The translations under genes and the position numbers were made by a program. DNA of 62,447 bases, counting the filler, from Stramenopiles sp. TOSAG23-2 (lineage: Eukaryota), in the NCBI GenBank assembly GCA_900128395.1. It is 5 parts of 5 records of this genome, joined end to end, with 100 filler letters (N's around TTAATTAATTAA, not from the genome) between each part and the next. Parts side by side here need not be neighbours in the genome. Positions count along the whole stretch, not along the records: positions 1 to 28,672 come from LT649397.1; 4 more parts are not named here. One strand, given 5' to 3'. The notes under the pieces are model-generated. The model was not told the origin of the DNA. It saw nothing but the letters and a program-made list of their open reading frames with translations, and did not search any database. Below, one piece after another: positions 1 to 9,134 of the stretch. Each line of letters begins with the position of its first letter. Position 1 is the stretch's first letter.

Positions 1-143
1 TATTCTTTTAGTATAAATTGACCCTATTTATCCAAATATCGTTAAATTTTTATTTTTTTTTTCTAACGATTGTTTTCGTCAATATTACTACAGAATTTCC
101 TATAATAATCCCCTTGTATTTTTAATAATTGTCGAATTTTGTT

Positions 144-442
144 CGTGCCGAAATTGATTTCGGCACGTCCGAAAAAAATACACTCATACACTCCGTTCAA
201 AGCGGACATTTGACATACAAAATGATATTAACAAAGTCCACTTTGTTAATGGAATCGAATAGAGCAAATTCTACAGAAAATCCCAGAGGAAAAAAAATAA
301 ATACAAAATGTTTTACGAACGAGTAAAGTCATGGCACACAAAATTATTTTTTGGGCCGAAATTCATTTCGGCAAAAATACATAAAAAATAAAACTAATTA
401 TAATTAAAATTTTGTGGCACACGATTTTTTTCGTGTGCCATG
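144..442. repeat. Cluster of short inverted repeats/hairpins, possibly the end of a transposon or MITE
   Basis: CGTGCCGAAAT-tg-ATTTCGGCACG (144-167); GCCGAAAT-tc-ATTTCGGC (355-372); TGGCACACGA-T6-TCGTGTGCCA (415-440); CATGGCACAC (330-339) is inverted at 433-442. Confidence 0.6.
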
Positions 443-732
443 CAGATTGTCCTATATGTTATACATTGCTTTATACTCGACACTACTAGTGCATAGTTAC
501 CTGCTAAAAGTGATATCCGCACTATGAGATATAATATCTACGAAGTTGGTACGCGTGTATTTTTTAAATCTCTCTCTCTCCTCTGTCTCCCCTGTTCTCT
601 TCAAAAGTTATATTTATTAAAAAAAAGAAGGTGTTATTAAATGCATACATATCATACGCATTTTGACATATTCTTGCAATACTGTGTGTGTGATTCAAAC
701 AACAACCCCTCCCCCCCCGTGTCTCGTTTTAT

Positions 733-2781
733 TTAAAATTTTGCCATTAATTTTGGAACTGGATTACTACTGTAATAACTCATAACTTTCTTTCCTTCGC
801 TTGCAACATTTTCTGGTGTAAAGCCAAATTTTTCAAAGACTTTTTTACCTGGTGCAGATTCGCCAAATGTGGACATACCAATTTGATAATGTGAATATTG
901 ACTCCAGCCAGTTTTACTACCAGCTTCAACACTAATTACAGGGCAACCAGTACCAATAACACTTTGTTGATATGCTTCATCTTGCTCATCAAATAACTCC
1001 CAACATGGCATGGAGACGACACGGACACGTACACCTTCCATTAATTTTGCTGCTTCTACGCACAAACCAACTTCAGATCCTGTGGCAACTAATGTTAATT
1101 GTGGTGCACCACCTTCACAATCTTGTAGTACATATGCTCCTTTTAACACTCCTTCAACAGATGATCCAGTCAAAATTGGTAACCCTTGCCTACTCAATGA
1201 TAATGTTGTTGGGCGACCTTTTTGAGAGAAAGCGGCAAAATATGCACCAGACGTCTCGTTTCCATCGCATGGGCGCATGACAAGCATATTTGGCATAGCA
1301 CGTAAACTTGCTAATATTTCTATAGGTTGATGGGTTGGACCATCCTCCCCTAATCCAATTGAATCGTGAGTCATTACATATACTACTCGGAAATGACTTA
1401 AAGCGCTTAATCTGATTCCACCAAGTGCATAACCTACAAACGTTAAAAATGTTGAGCCAAATGGTATGAAACCACCGTATGCTGCTAAACCATTGACAAC
1501 GGCTGACATACCATGTTCTCTAACACCAAAACGTATGTAACGCCCGTGTGGTGTAGCATGTTGAAAATCTACGCAACCTGGCCAATTTGTTTTTGTTGAT
1601 GGAGTTAAATCTGCAGAGCCTCCAATCCATTCAGGCATCAAATCAGCAAAGGATTTGATTACATCTTGGGAGTATACGCGTGATGCTTTTGTTTTGTCTC
1701 CAACATTGTATCGTGGCAATGCTTTCAACAAGCCATCAGGCAATTCACCACTCCAACGCCTTTCCAACTCACCAGCCTCATTTGGGAATGACGCAGCATA
1801 ATTTTTCCACATTTCTTGCCATTTTTGATATGCTTGCTCGCCATTAGCAGCTGCATCCTTGTAAAATTTATATACATCGTCGCCAATAGCAAATTTTGCT
1901 TCAGGGTCAAAACCAAGCTCTCCTTTAATTCTTGCAATATCATCGTCACCAATTGGTGAACCATGAACTCCATGAGTACCTTGCTTCGTAGCATATTTAC
2001 CAATAGTTGTTTTCACTTTTATCATTGTTGGTTTATCAGTAGTCGCTTTTGCTTGTTGAATTAATGCTCTCAATCCAGATACATCTGCATTATCTCCATC
2101 AGCATAGGATAATACTTGCCATCCATATGCTTCATATCGCTTTCCAACATCTTCAGTAAAAGCTAAATCAGTTGAGCCATCAATTTGAATATTGTTATCG
2201 TCATACAATACAATAATTTTACCAAGTTTCAAATGCCCAGCTAAGGAGGATGCTTCTGCGGATACACCTTCTTGTAAACAACCATCACCACACAAAACGA
2301 AAATATTATGATCAATTAAAGGAAAATTATCTTTATTGTATCTTGCACGTAAATTAGCTTCGCCAATAGCCATTCCGACAGCATTAGAAATACCTTGTCC
2401 TAATGGCCCAGTGCTGACTTCAACCGCTTCCAATAAATGATTTTCTGGATGACCAGCCGTTGGACTATTCAGTTGACGAAAATTTTGCAAATCAGCCATA
2501 GACGGTCTTTCATATCCTGTTAAATGTAACATGGTATATAATAACGCGCAACTATGTCCGTTTGATAAAATAAATCGATCACGATTTGGCCAACTAGGTG
2601 TTGATGGCGCAAATGTCATTTCATGGCCAAATAATGAATGGGCGATTGGTGCGCACCCCATTGGTGCTCCAGGATGACCTGATTTTGCTTTTTGAACAAC
2701 TTCTGCACCAAGAATTCGTACCGTGTTCACACATTTTTCAGCAATATCCATTTTTCTTTTTTTATCAACGTGCTGTGACAT
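733..2781 (-). CDS. TKT: Transketolase
   Basis: 682-aa intronless ORF with SGHPG, RDRFILSNGH, STGPLGQG, the GDG..EG ThDP motif, FGVREHGM and THDSIGLGEDGPTHQP; ends AKF. Confidence 0.98.
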   Translation of the reverse strand: MSQHVDKKRKMDIAEKCVNTVRILGAEVVQKAKSGHPGAPMGCAPIAHSLFGHEMTFAPSTPSWPNRDRFILSNGHSCALLYTMLHLTGYERPSMADLQNFRQLNSPTAGHPENHLLEAVEVSTGPLGQGISNAVGMAIGEANLRARYNKDNFPLIDHNIFVLCGDGCLQEGVSAEASSLAGHLKLGKIIVLYDDNNIQIDGSTDLAFTEDVGKRYEAYGWQVLSYADGDNADVSGLRALIQQAKATTDKPTMIKVKTTIGKYATKQGTHGVHGSPIGDDDIARIKGELGFDPEAKFAIGDDVYKFYKDAAANGEQAYQKWQEMWKNYAASFPNEAGELERRWSGELPDGLLKALPRYNVGDKTKASRVYSQDVIKSFADLMPEWIGGSADLTPSTKTNWPGCVDFQHATPHGRYIRFGVREHGMSAVVNGLAAYGGFIPFGSTFLTFVGYALGGIRLSALSHFRVVYVMTHDSIGLGEDGPTHQPIEILASLRAMPNMLVMRPCDGNETSGAYFAAFSQKGRPTTLSLSRQGLPILTGSSVEGVLKGAYVLQDCEGGAPQLTLVATGSEVGLCVEAAKLMEGVRVRVVSMPCWELFDEQDEAYQQSVIGTGCPVISVEAGSKTGWSQYSHYQIGMSTFGESAPGKKVFEKFGFTPENVASEGKKVMSYYSSNPVPKLMAKF

Positions 2782-3467
2782 TTAATAGTGATAATATTAT
2801 ATAAACGTAATAATACTAATAATTATCAGTTCCGTCTTTATGCTCTTTTTAAATATATATATATATATATATATATATGCGTATCTCTGATTTTTTTATG
2901 TTATACACCTTTATATATTAATATAAATTATTCCATTTTCTTCTATTTCATATAGTTGTCTACACTTTATTATAAAATATTATATCTTTTTTATATAATT
3001 CTAGAATATAATGAATTCACTTTATAATATTAACTTGTGGAGGAGGAGAAGAGGAGGAGGCGTGAGCTGGAGAGGACATTTTCAACTAAAAGTGCTAATT
3101 ATTCTTCAGCAGGTTTTCCGTGTGGTTTTTATCTGATGAAACACCTGTTATTACCCTTTTTTTGCTAGTGATATACGCGTGCACATTACTAGTATAGCTG
3201 TACTATTAAATACTGAGAGTAAAACATAACCAACCACATCGGGGTACTAAAACTAAAATTAATAGTATGTACACATTTTTGAAAAGAGTGTGTCGCACTT
3301 TCATCATTTTATTATAATATGTTACACTGTATCATGCCCGGGCATGGGGAAATATAATAAATTGAAACCGACATCACAACATAACTTATACAGTAATATA
3401 TTGAATATACGCTACTTCTACATGTAGATATCGAACAGGTATATTAGTATAGATTATAGAGAAAGAA

Positions 3468-5381
3468 ATGTATAAAAAAACTAATGTCATAATTATCATG
3501 TTATTATTATGTTTTATGATGATAATAACACCAATACAATTATTGGAAGCAAAAAAGAAAAGAGGAGGGAAAAAGAAAAGAGGAAGGAAAAAGAAACGAG
3601 ATCATATTGTAGACGAGCGGATAGATAAGGTTATGCAATTCTCTGAACAATTAGTTAAAGATGGCCATTTATTTGATGGAATACAACTCGTTCAAACAGT
3701 TTGGCAACAATTAAAATTGCCACTATATAAGAAAATGAAGTTAAAACATCGACATTCCATAGAACAACTATTAAAGAAATATAAATATCAAAACAAATCA
3801 TTATACACATTAGTCAAACAAACAGTATGTATAATAAATGTAACAATCTTTTTCAAAACTTTTACTTGCAAAAACATTTTACTAACCCTGCCTGTATTAA
3901 TTATTTATATATAAAAGGAAAATAAATTTGAATTGTCAAAAAAGATCATAGAAATTCATTTTCATTTATTAGTAACATTACACTCTGCTGGAGATATAAA
4001 AAATGCAAAAGTATATTTATTGAAAATGTATAAGGGCGTCATGAAATTAAATAAAAAAAAAACAATTAAAAAAATATTCCCACAACACATTGTTTTTGTA
4101 ATGGTTGAAACTTTGTTTCAATATCGTATGTTTCAACATGTTATTGATATATATAAGAAAACAAAAACTATATATGGAAAAAAACTTTGGTCAATAGACG
4201 ATTCATTAAAAAGATATATTTTGATGTCTCAAGAAAAATTGAATTTGTTAATAAGTGATGGTGAAGGTAGAAAGAATTTTGAAATGATACAACACGCTTA
4301 TAGAAAATTAGTAGAAGCTTCATCTTGTAAAAAAAATTATGTAGATAAATGTGGATACGTCACAAGTCCTATTGCACCAGAAGCGCGTAGATTAGTATTT
4401 ATAGATTATGACAATACTACAACTGTTCCATCGACAGTTAATAATACTTTAAAGCTGGAACATCATTTTCTAAACAAGTTGTTTCCTACGGTGGACTTTA
4501 ATCGCAACGATATTGATGTAATAGAATATAATCATGAAAATTACATAGACCAGAAAAATATTTTTATAGATAACTATGTTAATAAAGGTCGTCCTGTGAT
4601 TTTACGTGGATTCGTTGAAAACAATACATCTTTACAATTATCAAATTTGTTGAAAACTTATGGGAAAAAACGCGTCTCTGTATCCAATTCTGCAAATGTT
4701 GTACCAAGACAATGGATTGAAGATTGTCGTACTATTAATTGTAAATATTTAGATAAATATAATGCACTTTTCTTTCAACATCAAATCTCCATAGAAAAAT
4801 TTGTAAGCAATATTATCGATGGTACATACAACACAGATAAATACCAACCTCCATATTTCTTTGGTCCGTTAAAAATGAACAAGGATGAATACGCGAATAT
4901 ACTAGGAAAAATTCGGAATTTATTTCCAACAAATCTGTTTTCTGCAAAAGAAACGAAAAAAGGTAAAGACAAAGAAATCTTTTTTATTGGATCTATTGGC
5001 AGTGGGGCTTATTTTCATTCCCACGAAGCTGCAGCAAATATACTATTTCGTGGGAAAAAGAAATGGTTTCTTTTACCACCTATGGCGTATTCAGGCCCTG
5101 GTAGCGCTAGTATGGAATGGTGGATAGAAAATCTATACAATATATTGCCTATAAAACCTTTAGAAGTCGTTCAAAATGAAAATGATTTATTATACATCCC
5201 ACCTTATTATAAACATGCCACTATAAACATTGATAAAATCGTAATTGGTGTTGCATTTCAACACATCGGTGAGCATAAAATTGATTTAAAAAACTACGAC
5301 TTTGCTATCAATTCAATTACGAGGATGATGAGTGGAAAAACAAAAAAAAATGCAAGAATAAAAAGTCCCAGTGAATTATAG
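3468..5381 (+). CDS. Secretory-pathway JmjC/cupin 2OG-Fe(II) oxygenase, JMJD8-like (exons 3468-3824, 3918-5381)
   Basis: Signal peptide. A phase-0 intron 3825-3917 (GTATGT...ACTAAC...AAG) joins the two ORFs in frame. Motifs GSGAYFHSH, GKKKWFLLPP, VVQNENDLLYIPPYYKHATIN; C-terminal PSEL. Confidence 0.8.
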
Positions 5382-5642
5382 AAAAAAGAGGAAATTTTGG
5401 ATTTTTATATATGAGTAAGAGAACATTTTATATATGCATATATATATATGATATATTACATATGCCATATAAATTTGATAAAGCATTACGCGTATTATTA
5501 TTATATATGGAAGTTATTGGCACATATTCATCAATATATTGTGAGATAGATAATTGAAATATTAGCTCATCAGTCACTGTATTTTTCTCTTGAGATTGCG
5601 TTTATGGCGGCATCTCTTGGCTTCAGATGCCGCGATGCTTAA

Positions 5643-6215
5643 TCAGTAGTTGCAAGGCGCATCCAGGTCAGTATCTGCCTCGAAACTGTAAACAGACTTG
5701 TAGCGAGACTTGTGCGTTTTTCTAATTGCCGTCTTGATCACATCAACCTTGCGCCGTTGGCATCTTGGCTCCCCATCACACCCATCGTGTTCATCCACAT
5801 CTTCTTCCTCTCGATGGGCACCAGCAGCAGCATCGGCAGCAGCTTCTGTGCCATACACACCAATAAGTTCTACCGAATGCGATCCATTGTCATATCCATA
5901 CCCTCCATAAGAACCATTGCCGCCGCTTTCATCTTCTACAAATACTAACCACACAACACCCCCCTCCTTCCTTGCCTCCTTTTTCAGCTGTTTTCGCTTC
6001 TTCTCAGATGCCTTGCCACTACTTGATTTACGTGGGAATTTTTGTCCTCCTGCTGGTATCCCTGGTTTAAATCTTCTTGCCATTTTTGTTGCAAGTTGCT
6101 TTCGCGGTGCTTTTCCACCATTTCTGCCGCTTTGCGCTCCGTTTGATGAATTGTTTCCCGTCTTGGGTTTCTTTTCGCAGCCCCTGGCTTCCTTTGCAGC
6201 AGGCTTCCTCTTCAT
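5643..6215 (-). CDS. Orphan basic/acidic protein carrying histone H3 N-tail-like motifs, no histone fold
   Basis: 190-aa ORF, visibly more GC-rich than its flanks. GGKAPRKQLATKMAR matches H3 residues 12-26 at 14 of 15 positions. The C-terminal part is a small beta-beta-alpha-like segment (VWLVFVE...LIGVYGTEAAADAA). Confidence 0.7.
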   Translation of the reverse strand: MKRKPAAKEARGCEKKPKTGNNSSNGAQSGRNGGKAPRKQLATKMARRFKPGIPAGGQKFPRKSSSGKASEKKRKQLKKEARKEGGVVWLVFVEDESGGNGSYGGYGYDNGSHSVELIGVYGTEAAADAAAGAHREEEDVDEHDGCDGEPRCQRRKVDVIKTAIRKTHKSRYKSVYSFEADTDLDAPCNY

Positions 6216-6651
6216 CAGCTTTGGCTTCTTGTTAGTGGAACTGGCCGAGTGTTCCCTTTGGCTGTTGGTGCTTTCGCTGGGTTAGCTTTAGCTTTGCCGC
6301 CGCGTCGCTTTGTTAAATTTGCTGGAACACCTGAGCCACAATGTCCACACCCGTCACATATTGTGTAGCAATATGATAAATAATCATCAATCCAACGAGG
6401 AATAATTATAAAAGGACCTTCAGTTTTACAGATGAAAGAATGTTTGATATTGATATAAGGGTAAATTGTACTTAAAGTATACTATAATATTGTTGTGATT
6501 TATCGATTTACTCTCAAAAAAGCTCATGCCAGGGACCTGCTCATGCTCAGCTTTTGTCCGGGTCTTAGTGTATACAATAGGTAGTGCTAAATATCATTTT
6601 ATACGCGTATATTTAAGTAAGTAAAACATAAGAAAGAGGGAGAAAAACATT

Positions 6652-8499
6652 TTAAGTACTCATCTGCTCGATTTTTTTCTCTTTCTCTAAATTTTTTTGT
6701 GAAAGTTGATTATTCATTTCTTTTTGCTTATCTAAATTTCCTTTTACTGATTCTAATTCCTTTTTTTGTTGTTGTAATGTTTCCTTTGTTTTATCTAATT
6801 CTGGATCACCAACTAGTGTGCGTCCAGCGTTATTACTTTTGTGTATACCAACTATTTTATTTACAGCGTTATCAACAGCTGTACCAACTTTTGCCTCTAA
6901 ATCAGATTTTTTATCCTCTTCAATATCTTTCTCATCTTTTGTCTTTTTATCACTATTATCACTATTACTATCGCTGCCGCCTCCACCACATCCATTGCAT
7001 TCAATATGCAATGTTGTGCCGGGAACTGCAACAGTTGATTCACCGTTTGGCTTTTTGACTGAAATGTCATTATTTCCTTGCGGTGCAGCTACAGGTGCGG
7101 CTGGTCTTGTCGCAGCAACTGGTGCAAGTGCTTGTTTTGGCATATTCGCCGCTAATTTTTTAATAAATCCATCCATAATTTCCTTCATATCTTTCACCTG
7201 TTTGTCCGCCGCAGAAGATGCTTTTTTCTCTGCTTTTTTCCTATATGCAGCATGGTCTTTCTTTAATTTTTCTTCCGCACCTTTCATATTTGAGGCCATC
7301 TCATTTTGTAATGACATTTTTCTAGATAATAATTCTTGTTGTTTTTTCATCATTTCGGAAATGCCATTACTTAAATCAGCCATCCGTTTTTCGCTGGAAG
7401 CTGCGATTTTTTTCCTTTGTTCACCAGCCTTTTCATTTTCTTCCATCGTTTTTTTCTCCTTTTGCTCTTGAGCAACCATTTTTTTCCTAAGTAGATCACT
7501 CTGTGCCTTTGCTGCTGCTTGTTTTGATTGGGCCGCTTTCAGAGCTTGAGATCTACGTAAGGCTTCTTGTTGTTTGGCCCGTAACGCCTTTTGAAACAAT
7601 TTCACATCTGCCTCATTTTTGGCTTTTTCCGCTTCGCGTAGTGCAGCAGCAGCATCTCTTTCTTCCTGCAATGCTTTATTTGCTGCTTTTGCTGCTGCTT
7701 TTTCTGCCTGCTCGGACTTATCGGATGATGCTCTTGATTTTTTTGACTCTTCGCTTGCTCTTTTCGATGATTCCTCTGCTTCTTTTGTTTTTTGTTTCTC
7801 TGCTTCCTCTCTCTTTTCAAATGCTTCTTTCTTCTGATTTTCCTCTTGTACTCTGCCAAGTTCTTTTTGCTTCTGTTCAGATTTTTTTGCTTCTTCTTTT
7901 TCTTTCTCTCTTTTCTCTGAGTCATCAAACTCCTCCACAGATGCTACTTTCACATTAAATTGGTCCTTCGCAAACTGAAGAAGGTAGTTAAGCACTTTCT
8001 TTATTGTTTTTTCTAAGCTTTTACACTTTTTGTCGTCCTTGTTCGCTTTCAAACAATTGTCATTTGCCAATTTTGCCTTTTTAAAAGCTTGAAATATCAT
8101 TCTTAGACTAGGTTTGTCGTCAACTAATAATTTTAATACATCTAAAATACCAGCTTTATTACCTCCTGAACCTGAACTTGAGTCGTCTGAACTTGAGTCG
8201 TCTGAACCCATTGATAAAAGCAGTTTCATGCCTCCCTCTGCTCGTTCTGGCGTAATAGTAGTGCTTTTGGTGCCCTTATCAGCTAGGTCTTGTGAGAGCT
8301 TAACAGTCATCACCTTTTTACTTGATTCTTCTAATGTTCTGTGGATTTTCTCAGCGTCTTTTGCATCAGTTTTGGCTACACCTTCAGTTAAATCTTCCTC
8401 CGGAAATGCCTGTAAAATTCCATTTCTGTCACTTGTTACATATTCAATACAAAAAGAGATACAAAGTATAGTAACCAATAATACTATAGATAACTTCAT
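6652..8499 (-). CDS. Secreted coiled-coil protein of unknown function (paralogue of 9135-11867)
   Basis: 615-aa ORF with hydrophobic signal peptide MKLSIVLLVTILCISFC, long E/K/A coiled coil, Pro/Ala linker and LHIECNGCGGG motif. Confidence 0.85.
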   Translation of the reverse strand: MKLSIVLLVTILCISFCIEYVTSDRNGILQAFPEEDLTEGVAKTDAKDAEKIHRTLEESSKKVMTVKLSQDLADKGTKSTTITPERAEGGMKLLLSMGSDDSSSDDSSSGSGGNKAGILDVLKLLVDDKPSLRMIFQAFKKAKLANDNCLKANKDDKKCKSLEKTIKKVLNYLLQFAKDQFNVKVASVEEFDDSEKREKEKEEAKKSEQKQKELGRVQEENQKKEAFEKREEAEKQKTKEAEESSKRASEESKKSRASSDKSEQAEKAAAKAANKALQEERDAAAALREAEKAKNEADVKLFQKALRAKQQEALRRSQALKAAQSKQAAAKAQSDLLRKKMVAQEQKEKKTMEENEKAGEQRKKIAASSEKRMADLSNGISEMMKKQQELLSRKMSLQNEMASNMKGAEEKLKKDHAAYRKKAEKKASSAADKQVKDMKEIMDGFIKKLAANMPKQALAPVAATRPAAPVAAPQGNNDISVKKPNGESTVAVPGTTLHIECNGCGGGGSDSNSDNSDKKTKDEKDIEEDKKSDLEAKVGTAVDNAVNKIVGIHKSNNAGRTLVGDPELDKTKETLQQQKKELESVKGNLDKQKEMNNQLSQKNLEKEKKIEQMST

Positions 8500-9134
8500 A
8501 TTAATAATTCCGTGTGCAAGTATGTGTATATTTATGTATATATATATATATATATATATTTATTATTCTACACGTTATCTTGAACGAATGCATATATTAT
8601 TTGTGTATGTGTATTTATACACAGATATTTAATATACATACTATGTATGTATAATACAAACATTCCTGTATGCGCAGCTATCGATATATTAAATCATTTG
8701 TTTCATCTAAAATCCATCATAAATTTGCAGAACATGGTAAGTTCATGTTAATTTTTGTAGAACGTCCTCCCTAAGACTAGTATAGCATTACGCCCCCTCT
8801 TTTTTTGAATGAGTCGTGTAGCATCGTCCTCGACGTGGAGCAAAAAGAAAATACGTGCTATTTCCATATAAATAAATACCTTATGTTCCGGTTTCCTCCT
8901 TTTGGAAAGCCGAACCTCGATTTTACCTAGCTAAAGGCGACACAGAAGAAGATTATATAATCATTGTAAATTACATTACATCTATTATATATATATATAT
9001 GTTTTTTACAATATACATCATGTCTCTAAATTACATATACTAATTAGTGTTTTTTGTGGAATCCAAATATAGAGAGGAACAAATATTATTATAATTTGAC
9101 AAGACTCCTATTGTAGATAATATTTCGGTGAACC

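Noticed and set aside
6212-6480. Upstream open frame with CDGCGHCG and KAKANPAKAPTAK as an N-terminal extension of the H3-mimic gene
   Set aside because: It is in a different frame, has no ATG and is bounded by stops. A frameshifted extension cannot be supported without reads.
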